From the NCBI RefSeq assembly GCF_006345805.1, contig NW_021828308.1:1-8870 (forward strand): DNA of 8,870 nucleotides, written 5' to 3'. Position numbers and translations under genes: made by a program. Source of the DNA: Octopus sinensis. Taxonomy: Eukaryota. The notes beneath the pieces were generated by a model. It did not search any database, was not told where the DNA came from, and saw only the letters and a program-made list of their open reading frames with translations. This document shows, in pieces, positions 1-6,950 of this stretch (position 1 is the first letter of the stretch; the number at the start of each line of letters is the position of its first letter).

Positions 1-38
1 AGATAGATATATAGATAGATAGATATAGATAGATAGAT

Positions 39-101
<63 letters not shown>

Positions 102-103
102 TG

Positions 104-166
<63 letters not shown>
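1..166. repeat. (AGAT)n/(AG)n microsatellite, abutting the 3' end of the minus-strand SINE at 167
   Basis: Direct tandem AGAT with an internal (AG)n stretch; it ends exactly where the SINE tail TTCTTTATTAC begins. Confidence 0.97.
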
Positions 167-345
167 TTCTTTATTACACACAAGGGGCTAAACACAGAGT
201 GGACAAACAAGGAGAGACAACGGGATTAAGTCGATTATATCGACCCCGTGCGAAACTGGTACTATATTTATCGACCCCGAAAGTATGAAAGGCAAAGTCG
301 ACCTCGGCGGAATTTGAACTCAGAACGTAACGACAGACGAAATAA
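167..345 (-). mobile_element. tRNA-derived SINE, family A, copy 1 (5'-truncated: A-box region missing)
   Basis: Near-identical to 1315-1535 and 2417-2649 (CACAAGGGGCTAAACACAGAG...GTCGATTA.ATCGACCCC...GGCAAAGTCGACCTCGGCGGAATTTGAACTC). B-box GTTCAAATTCC is present on the minus strand. Similarity stops at about 345. Confidence 0.92.
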
Positions 346-348
346 CAC

Positions 349-580
349 TAAACGTGACAGCAGTCATTCGACATAAGCCCACAGATCGGAAATTGTTGGA
401 CACTGCACGATTGCGTGCAGAACTGTTTCGTTGCTCTGACCGCATCTCGGGCAGGTCGGCCCCGTGTTTCTCGAGCCGTGCCTGTAGAGCTTATCCCGAA
501 CGGGTAGCGCTTCTCGGTAGCACTGCCAGGCCAGGGATCTCTGGAAGTTGACCATGGGTCTTGGCCCGAAAGTCGTCCTG
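349..580 (-). pseudogene. L1/Tx1-clade non-LTR retrotransposon ORF2 C-terminal fragment (zf-RVT-like zinc-binding domain)
   Basis: Translation RTTFGPRPMVNFQRSLAWQCYREALPVRDKLYRHGSRNTGPTCPRCGQSNETVLHAIVQCPTISDLWAYVE*LLSR matches the W..LP....L..G....CP.C....ET..H....C.....W pattern of zf-RVT. In-frame TGA at 364-366. Confidence 0.85.
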
Positions 581-670
581 TTGTTGCTGCTGTTGCTATT
601 GTTGTTATAGTTGTTATTGTTATTTCTGTTGTTGTTCTTGCATTTATTGTTACTGTAGTGATGGTTGTGG
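580..670. repeat. Degenerate (GTT/GCT/ATT)n trinucleotide tract
   Basis: Imperfect GTT/GCT/ATT triplets; a similar tract lies at about 945-1025. Confidence 0.8.
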
Positions 671-1050
671 CAGCATTGACAGATGGGACTCCTCTCACCT
701 CGGCAAAACTTCCGATTTTCAGCTGAGGGCAGACATTTTGTCTCTATTTTGCCCTTTTTATCCTGATAACCACTTGTGCCGGACCTGTCGTAGGACGTGG
801 TCTCGGAGTCAAAAAGGCCTTAGCCAGAGGGAAAATGCATGCATGCATGAATTTGCTTATATTCTGGAAACTGGTGAGGGATGTTTTTTTTATTGAGGTG
901 TTAGCGACGAACTGTCCTTTGGGGTTGCGGTGTGGGTCTCTGTCCGCTGTTTTTCTTGTTGTTGCAGCTGTTGTAACTATTGCTATTGTTGATGTAGCTG
1001 TATGCTGTATTTTCGTTGCTTGTTTCTGTGGATGTAAAACTGGGGGGGGG

Positions 1051-1291
1051 GGTGAGCTGTCCACAGACAAGCGTACCCTTAACATAGTTCTCAAAGAGAT
1101 CCAGCGTGACGCAGAATGCAACAACGCTGGCCCTTTGTGTTACAGGTGCAACTTAATTTTGCCAGCTGAGTGGACTAGAGCAACGTGAAAAAAAGTGTCT
1201 TGCTATAGGACACAACGTGTCACGGGGAATCGAATTCACGATCTTACGATTGATAACCGAATACCCAAACCATTAAGCCACACGTCTTCAC
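1051..1291 (-). mobile_element. tRNA-derived SINE, family B (tRNA head, CORE-like central motif, 3' body)
   Basis: Minus strand reads GTGAAGACGTGTGGCTTAATGG (A-box, 1280-1270), GAATTCGATTCC (B-box-like, 1237-1226), then GTGTCCTATAGCAAGACACTT...CTAGTCCACTCAGCTGGCAAAA. That motif resembles the GTGACCTTGGGCAAGTCACTT of CORE SINEs. The head is similar to the head at 7240-7317. Confidence 0.8.
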
Positions 1292-1314
1292 TAGTCAATA
1301 TTACTTATTACTAT

Positions 1315-1535
1315 TTCTTTATTACACACAAGGGGCTAAACACAGAGGGGACAAACAAGGACAGACATAGGTATTAAGTCGATTACATCGACCCCAGTGC
1401 CTAACTGGTACTTAATTTATCGACCCCGAAAGGATGAAAGGCAAAGTCGACCTCGGCGGAATTTGAACTCACAACGTAACGCAGACGAAATACTGCTAAG
1501 CATTTCGCCCGGCGTGCTAACGTGTCTGCCAGCTC
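1315..1535 (-). mobile_element. tRNA-derived SINE, family A, copy 2 (nearly full length, lacks the first few 5' bases GGCGGC)
   Basis: Near-identical to 2417-2649 along its whole length. It ends at CTGCCAGCTC (1535), directly against a perfect hairpin. Confidence 0.94.
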
Positions 1536-1574
1536 TTATGTAAGGGTATGTACCATGTACATACCCTTACATAA
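1536..1574. repeat. Perfect inverted repeat: 18-bp arms, 3-nt loop
   Basis: TTATGTAAGGGTATGTAC (1536-1553), CAT, then GTACATACCCTTACATAA (1557-1574); the arms are exact reverse complements. Confidence 0.97.
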
Positions 1575-1739
1575 TCGGCACTCGATGCCACGTCAGAAAC
1601 AACTACTACAACTCATATTCTAATCAGTTGTTATTACACAGCCTATGATGCACAAACCTCTACACAATCCGACACCTCAACACCAATACCGCAATCAGAA
1701 CAACATAATACAGCACAACTGCCATTAGTTACATATAGA

Positions 1740-1789
1740 GTCGCTTAGTATTTTGCCCGACGAGCTAATAATTCAGCCAGCTTGCCGCC

Positions 1790-1791
<2 letters not shown>
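1740..1791 (-). mobile_element. Diverged SINE family A-type 5' head fragment
   Basis: CTTAGTATTTTGCCCGACGAGCTAATAATTCAGCCAGCTTGCCGCCT aligns with GCATTTCGCCCGGCGTGCTAACGGTTCTGCCAGCTCGCCGCCT at the end of copy 3. Confidence 0.7.
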
Positions 1792-1822
<31 letters not shown>

Positions 1823-1850
1823 GCAACAAGAACAACAACAACACAACAAC
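1791..1850. repeat. (TAA)n followed by (CAA)n microsatellite
   Basis: Direct tandem repeats. Confidence 0.93.
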
Positions 1851-2416
1851 AGGTTCAGTGACTGTGGTGGGCTGGAGTGGCATAACCAATATTGTAAAGA
1901 AGGCAAAAAAAAATGTGGAAACCAACACAAATATGAAATACGACATTGATTATGAATTGAAAAGAGATTCGGAGAAACGCATACATTAAACTGGATTTAG
2001 ACCAATGAGAGTTTATGTACTTGAAGTTATTCGTCACTGTTAGAAGTTCTAGGCTGATAGAATAGATGCATAAGACAGAATAAATGTTTAGGCGAACGGC
2101 AGGCCTAAGCGTTTCAACGTCTAATGGTTATTAAGAAAATATCGTGGCAGTATTTACATAGATTTAAGAAAAGAAGAGACATCAGTCATAGATATGTGAT
2201 TTAGTTTTATTTTGTAAATATTTTTCGGTCAATGTATTTAGAGATGTTTTCTTTATTTTGTTACGATTTTAGAATTATTATAATGCAAATATCAATCATT
2301 TATATAAAGAATTTGTCTGTTTTTGTGGAATAATTTCTTTTCTATTTGTGTATATATCTGCACATAGTCATTCACTCACACACTCACATACTCATATTCA
2401 CATACATGCAGTTATA

Positions 2417-2649
2417 TATTTCTTTACTACCCACAAGGGGCTAAACACAGAGGGGACAAACAAGGACAGACAAAGGGATTAAGTCGATTACATCGACCCC
2501 AGTGTGTAACTGGTACTTAATTTATCGACCCCGAAAGGATGAAAGGCAAAGTCGACCTCGGCGGAATTTGAACTCAGAACGTAACGACAGACGAAATACG
2601 ACTACGCATTTCGCCCGGCGTGCTAACGGTTCTGCCAGCTCGCCGCCTT
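2417..2649 (-). mobile_element. tRNA-derived SINE, family A, copy 3, full length with a 17-bp target-site duplication
   Basis: Minus-strand head GGCGGCGAGCTGGCAGAACCG, B-box GTTCAAATTCC (2573-2563), and central GTCGACTTTGCCTTTCATCCTTTCGGGGTCGATAAATTAAGTACCAG. Flanked by the identical direct repeat ACATACATGCAGTTATA at 2400-2416 and 2650-2666. Confidence 0.96.
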
Positions 2650-2677
2650 ACATACATGCAGTTATAGCCATACAAAC

Positions 2678-2770
2678 GCAGTGAAATAGTAGAATGTTAC
2701 AGCGCCGTATTTTTCCGGCTCTCTGTGCACCGAGTTCAAATCCAACAACAATCATATTTGCTTTTTATCT
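2678..2770 (+). mobile_element. Old, diverged family A-like SINE relic
   Basis: GCAGTGAAATAGTAGAATGTTACAGCGCCG...GAGTTCAAATCC...TTTGCTTTTTATC follows the order head, B-box, TTTGCCTTTCATC of family A, with many mismatches. Confidence 0.55.
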
Positions 2771-2869
2771 TAATTCACTTAATTTCAAATACTTATCATG
2801 TACTAAGGTTGGTAGCTTTTGTTGTTTCATCTCTTCCTCCAGGAATCGACTTAGTTGTGCTGTGAGAAA

Positions 2870-3285
2870 GGATCTTTTCGCTTTGACCGGCAGTTTTTTA
2901 AAATAATTTCCACGTAACTAAACACTTTTAAACTTCGTATACTGGTAGAATGTGTTTATAAAACATCTTTTTCTCTTGACTTTCTTGAAAAAATTCTGTA
3001 GTTTGTAAGATATTTTCTTCAATTTCTGCAATTTCAACCAATCAATGACGTCTATTGAGGTGAAAACATTCTGTGCCGTATGAATATGTCCCTCGTTTAA
3101 GAAATAGATTGGGTTTATTTACATTTCTGAAGAAAAAAAGATACCCTTACCCCCACCCCTAACCCTAACCCTAAAAAAGATTGAAATGCAATAGATCGAT
3201 ACTAGGGTCATAATTATGGGTGACAATTTCATATGACACCGCTAGAAATTATTTTAAAAAACTGTCGGTCAAAGCGAAAAGATCC
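2870..3285. mobile_element. Non-autonomous DNA transposon (MITE-like), 416 bp, 41-bp TIRs, 8-bp TSD-like flanks
   Basis: The left TIR GGATCTTTTCGCTTTGACCGGCAGTTTTTTAAAATAATTTC (2870-2910) and the reverse complement of 3245-3285 match at 40/41. Flanks are GTGAGAAA (2862-2869) and GTGAGAAG (3286-3293). No coding capacity; (CCCTAA)3 at 3157-3174. Superfamily not resolved (MULE, hAT or P-type TSD length). Confidence 0.9.
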
Positions 3286-3679
3286 GTGAGAAGTTCTGAG
3301 GGAACGCATACAGTGGCTCTTCCTTTTGTGAGAATGTTTTTTTTTTTCTGTGGATTAAGAGACAAACAACCGATACTTATATCATAGAAACCCTGGTATA
3401 CTCAGGGATAAAAACTACAGATTGGAACGGCGTTTCCCTTTCTTTTCAATTAACGAAAGGACTTATAGGGTTCCACTCCACCACTTCTCATCCTTTCCGC
3501 ATCTTCATAGACTTCAGCATATTTTTAATCCCTAACCACATTTACCAAGGGAACAGACCAATAACGGAATGATGTCTAGTAGAGTGCTGGGAAATAAAAG
3601 AATATCCGTGCAAAATATAATTTCTCTCTACAGACTCCATATCAATGTGTCTGTGTGTTTAGATAAGTAAATCGACTCA

Positions 3680-3784
3680 ACTGTACCTATACACACGCAC
3701 ACACACACACCTATATATACGTACACAACACACACATGAATATATGCAAACGTGTTTACACACACACAATACATACGAATGTGT

Positions 3785-3856
<72 letters not shown>
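3680..3856. repeat. Compound (CA)n-rich then (GT)n microsatellite
   Basis: CA-rich from 3680 to about 3770, then a long near-perfect (GT)n at 3780-3856. Confidence 0.95.
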
Positions 3857-3861
<5 letters not shown>

Positions 3862-3869
3862 GTTTTGGG

Positions 3870-4031
3870 ATTTGGTTTGCAAGATTCTTTGTGTGAGTTC
3901 GTGTGTTGAAGCATTCTTTGTTGTGTCTGGGGAGAGAGTCATTCTCTTTTAGTGACTTATTATTTAACACACTCACCGGTAAAGTTTCCATTCATTTACT
4001 TATTTATTTTTCCTAAAATTTTCGTTGCGTC
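3870..4031 (-). mobile_element. Probable interspersed-repeat fragment directly downstream of the Penelope-like ORF piece, possibly its terminal-repeat region
   Basis: Contiguous with the GIY-YIG fragment on the minus strand. It resembles an abundant octopus repeat as I recall it (GTGTCTGGGGAGAG.CATTCTCTTT...ACACACTCACCGGT...CCTAAAATTTTCGTTGCGTC); not verifiable from this window. Confidence 0.35.
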
Positions 4032-4630
4032 TGGCAGTTTTCTTGTCGTGCTTCCTATATAGGATGCGCCACATTTGCCACAGATGATCTCATAGGCGAT
4101 CCTTCGGTATAGGTACCGTAAGTACCGGAAGTGGCTTTGTTTACATTTCTGAAGATAACAGAAACCCTTTTCTCCCACTTCTAACACAAACCCTAACCCT
4201 ACCCCACCTCCCATATATATATATAAAAAAACACTTTCTTGAAATATATCCGATACTTCCGGTACCTATACCGAAGTTACGCTGATCTCATATACAGCAT
4301 AGGTCCTCTGGCGCAATTCATGGTCATTGATGTGACGGTTCGACAATGTGCACTCCTCGGAGTAGTGAGAGGTTTTGTTCTTGGACAGAGCTTTTCTCAG
4401 GGAAGGGCCGGTGTGAACTATCTGTATGTCGAGTCCTTCCCTGAGGGCTGCATATTGTATCGCTGCAGTAGTTCTGTCGTCAAAGAGTGGTAGCTTTAGG
4501 AAGCACGTGCCGGACTTGTGAGTATGATGGTTCCTCCGGGGTTTATTGACCTTGATGTTCTTTAGGCGCCGTTGTTTAGCTAAAGATAGTGGGTAGCCAT
4601 TCAGGGTTAGGTCTCTGAAGAACACAAAAC
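4032..4630 (-). pseudogene. Penelope-like element ORF fragment: RT/endonuclease linker plus N-terminal GIY-YIG motif, interrupted by an insertion at 4095-4282
   Basis: LTLNGYP...FLKLPLFDDRTTAAIQYAALREGLDIQIVHTGPSLRKALSK...CTLSN.HINDHELRQRTYAVYEI, then after the insert YEIICGKCGASYIGSTTRKL. The L.NGYP motif, the linker and VYEI.C..C...YIGST.R.L are characteristic of Penelope-like elements. Confidence 0.87.
4095..4282. mobile_element. 188-bp non-autonomous TIR element with a 10-bp TSD (Mutator/MULE-like by TSD length)
   Basis: Identical flanks TGATCTCATA at 4085-4094 and 4283-4292. Inverted repeat CTTCGGTATAGGTACC[GTAAGTACC]GGAAGT (4102-4132) versus ACTTCCGGTACCTATACCGAAG (4255-4276). Termini are G...C. 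Confidence 0.9.
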
Positions 4631-4635
4631 AGTTC

Positions 4636-4981
4636 CTCACTCGTTAGTTTCTCGCCAAAAGCAACGAGGTATCGCTTCCACACAAGCCCTATTCTCCGGA
4701 TTTGGCACCTGCAGACTTCCATCTCTTCCCCAAGATGAAATTGTAGCTCAAAGGTCACTGTTTTATCGCCATTGTTGAGATCCAGAGCGAATCGCACATG
4801 GTCCTCGACCCCCTTATGGATAACGACTTCCAGGCCGGATTCCAAAAATGCCAGGAACGTTGGCACCGGTGTATTCCTGAACAAGGCGACTGTTTCGAAG
4901 GAGATAATGTTAAAACTTAGGTAACTAAGTTATGTGCTATTAAACATAACTAGTCCGGGAACTTTTTGATACCATCTCGTA
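4636..4981 (+). mobile_element. Mariner (Tc1/mariner) transposon 3' fragment: transposase C-terminus pseudogene, 3' TIR and TA
   Basis: Frame from 4636 reads LTR*FLAKSNEVSLPHKPYSPDLAPADFHLFPKMKL*LKGHCF...FQKCQERWHRCIPEQGDCFEGDNVKT*. YSPDLAPxD is the mariner motif carrying the third catalytic Asp (4714-4716). Stops at 4645 and 4744, terminal stop at 4918-4920. TIR-like AGTCCGGGAACTTTTTGATACCATCTCG ends at 4979, followed by TA. Confidence 0.93.
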
Positions 4982-5007
4982 TACACAACAATACCACCTC
5001 GTATATT

Positions 5008-5150
5008 TGGTTTCCATCAACCAAATCCACTCAGGAAGTATTGGTCGGTCCGAGGCAATAATAGAAGACACTTGCCTAAGGTGCTGCGGAGTGGGACTGA
5101 ACTCGGAACTTTGTAACTAGGAAGTCAGCTTCTTATCACACAGCCACGCC
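5008..5150 (-). mobile_element. tRNA-derived CORE-like SINE, family C, 3'-truncated and diverged
   Basis: Minus strand reads GGCGTGGCTGTGTGATAAG (A-box), GAGTTCAGTCCC (B-box-like), then GCACCTTAGGCAAGTGTCTTC (CORE-like), then GAGTGGATTTGGTTGATGGAAACC. Confidence 0.78.
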
Positions 5151-5268
5151 GATTTCCGTTCTTTTTTTTTCGAGCCCTAGACTACATGAGGCCGGTTACT
5201 CGGTTTCCCGGTTTCCATAGTCACCGAGATCACAACATCCACTTGAAAGGGATGCCGTTCGGTTGCGG

Positions 5269-5458
5269 GGCACAAGGCCCGCAATTTTGAGACGGGGTGG
5301 CAAAATCGATTACATCGATCCTTTTTTTTTTTTTTTTTTTGTCGCCGAAGGGATAAAAGGAAAAGTTGACCGCTGCAGGACTTGAAACCCTGAACGTTAA
5401 GAGCCTGAAGAAAAGCATTTTGTCCGACGCACTAAAGATTCTGCCAGCTCACCGCCTT
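5269..5458 (-). mobile_element. Family A-related SINE with a different 3' tail and an internal T19 tract
   Basis: GCATTTTGTCCGACGCACTAAAGATTCTGCCAGCTCACCGCC matches the family A head. GAAGGGATAAAAGGAAAAGTTGACC and ATCGATTACATCGATCC match the family A centre. The tail GGCACAAGGCCCGCAATTTTG differs from family A. Confidence 0.8.
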
Positions 5459-5827
5459 GCTTCTGAAGATGCGATAATAAATAAGATGCGATGGTTATGG
5501 CACGAATGGTTTTGATTATAAGTATGTTCAATCATGGCCGAATCGTGCTAAGCGACTTAACCAAGGTAGCTCCGCTGATTATAATGTTTATTCTTGTAAA
5601 TAATACGTTACAAACTATTTCCGTTGTTGTTGTTGTGAGGTTCGTGTGGAATTATCGTGGTTGATGTTGACCCACATAAGAATTGCTTTCGTGGCATTGG
5701 CAACTGTCACACTTACATTAAACATCTATAATTTACATTTTAATTTCATGTGTGCTACTTATATATTTGTTGATAATAAAAATGTTTTTTTCCTATATTA
5801 CTGTCCTTCGTAACATATGATATTAGC

Positions 5828-5882
5828 GATGATGATGATGATGATGATGATAGCAGTCGTGGTGGTGTTGGTGGTGGTGGTG
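5828..5882. repeat. (GAT)8 plus (GGT)n microsatellite
   Basis: Direct tandem triplets. Confidence 0.93.
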
Positions 5883-6139
5883 TCTCACGTAATGTTATAT
5901 TTTATACTTTCTCTGAAGACACGGATTCTTATGTTCTTTATTGTATCAACTTTTAGATACAGAATTTTATTGCGGCTTTGCTTTTACTTTTAGTAGCGGA
6001 CATTAAACTGTATTACGGCATCTAACACCCACACCTACGCGCGCACACACTTACACACACACACACATATCCATGTATACACATATGCATACGCAAACGT
6101 ATATAAATATGTTCTTTCTTATTTAGGTCTCTTCTTTCC

Positions 6140-6197
6140 CTCTCTCTCTATATATATCGTCATGCATGTATGTATGTATATGTATATATATATATAT

Positions 6198-6228
<31 letters not shown>

Positions 6229-6600
6229 GACATAATATATATATATATAATATTGTATATACATATATATAGTATATATATTATGTATGTATTATAATAT
6301 ATGTATATATGTATGTATGTATATATGTATGTATATATTTATATTATACATATAATATGTACATATATATGTGTGTATGTATATATATGTAAATATACAT
6401 ACATACATGTTTGTGTGTGGTAATATATATATATATAGTATATATGTACATATAATATGTATATAATATATATAATATATATAATAATATAAATAAATAA
6501 ATAAATAAATATATACTTACCTCTCTCCTTTTCCAACACACACACACACACACACACACAACACCACACACGCACACACATACACGCATACGCTTGCACA
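6140..6600. repeat. Long compound (TC)n/(TATG)n/(TA)n/(TAAA)n/(CA)n microsatellite
   Basis: Degenerate dinucleotide and tetranucleotide tracts; source of the spurious IYIY and CVCV ORFs. Confidence 0.95.
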
Positions 6601-6879
6601 CATGTACTTAAAACAATGTTAGTAGAAAAGCCATTATTACCGAGAGTCAGTTGATATGTAGTTATTGTTAGAAACTTTTATTTTTACTGCCGGAGAAATT
6701 AATAAAGAAGCAATGTTTACAAACGCTAGGTTTATGCCCCGCGGGACACCAACTCACACTCTTAACATGAAAAAATATACATCTTTATGTTATTCGTTGA
6801 CTTGGTCTCAAAACAGAGATGACGCAGTTATATGTTTACCGTTCTTTGATGTTAAAGGCCAGGAAGTGTGAATTGTGTA

Positions 6880-6950
6880 GATGTTATGTTTGTTGTTTGT
6901 TTGTTGTTGTTGCTGTTGCTGTTGCTGTGATGATGATGTTGCTGTTGGTG
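6880..6950. repeat. (GTT/GCT/GAT)n tract at the 3' end of the adjacent minus-strand SINE
   Basis: Tandem triplets immediately adjoining the SINE end; read as a (CAA/CAG/CAT)n tail on the minus strand. Confidence 0.88.

Noticed and set aside
1575-1748. Stop-free Thr/Ser-rich plus-strand frame (SALDATSETTTT...)
   Set aside because: No start codon, no supportable splice sites and no recognisable homology; consistent with a CA-rich composition.
1753-2200. ORF 1753-1989 and the downstream purine-rich region as a gene or transposase relic
   Set aside because: The ORF begins in a SINE head and a (TAA)n tract, and no conserved motif was recognised in any frame.
167-2649. Three near-identical repeats as a CRISPR-like or tandem array
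   Set aside because: The repeats are about 230 bp, irregularly spaced, carry Pol III boxes and one has a TSD; they are dispersed SINEs.
3481-3586. Possible minus-strand exon after a good acceptor (TTCTTTTATTTCCCAG)
   Set aside because: Stops occur in all three frames and the candidate donor is GTGGAG, not a consensus site.
3628-3991. ORFs with THTHTH/CVCVCV translations (also 6339-6601 and 7520-7883)
   Set aside because: They are translations of dinucleotide microsatellites and carry no protein signal.
4149-4165. CTGAAGA-TAACA-GAAAC resembling a minimal hammerhead core
   Set aside because: No G-C closing pair for stem II and no stem I or III complementarity. The related element at 3127 has CTGAAGA followed only by an A-run.
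4576-4884. 102-aa minus-strand ORF
   Set aside because: It is the antisense shadow of the plus-strand mariner transposase fragment.
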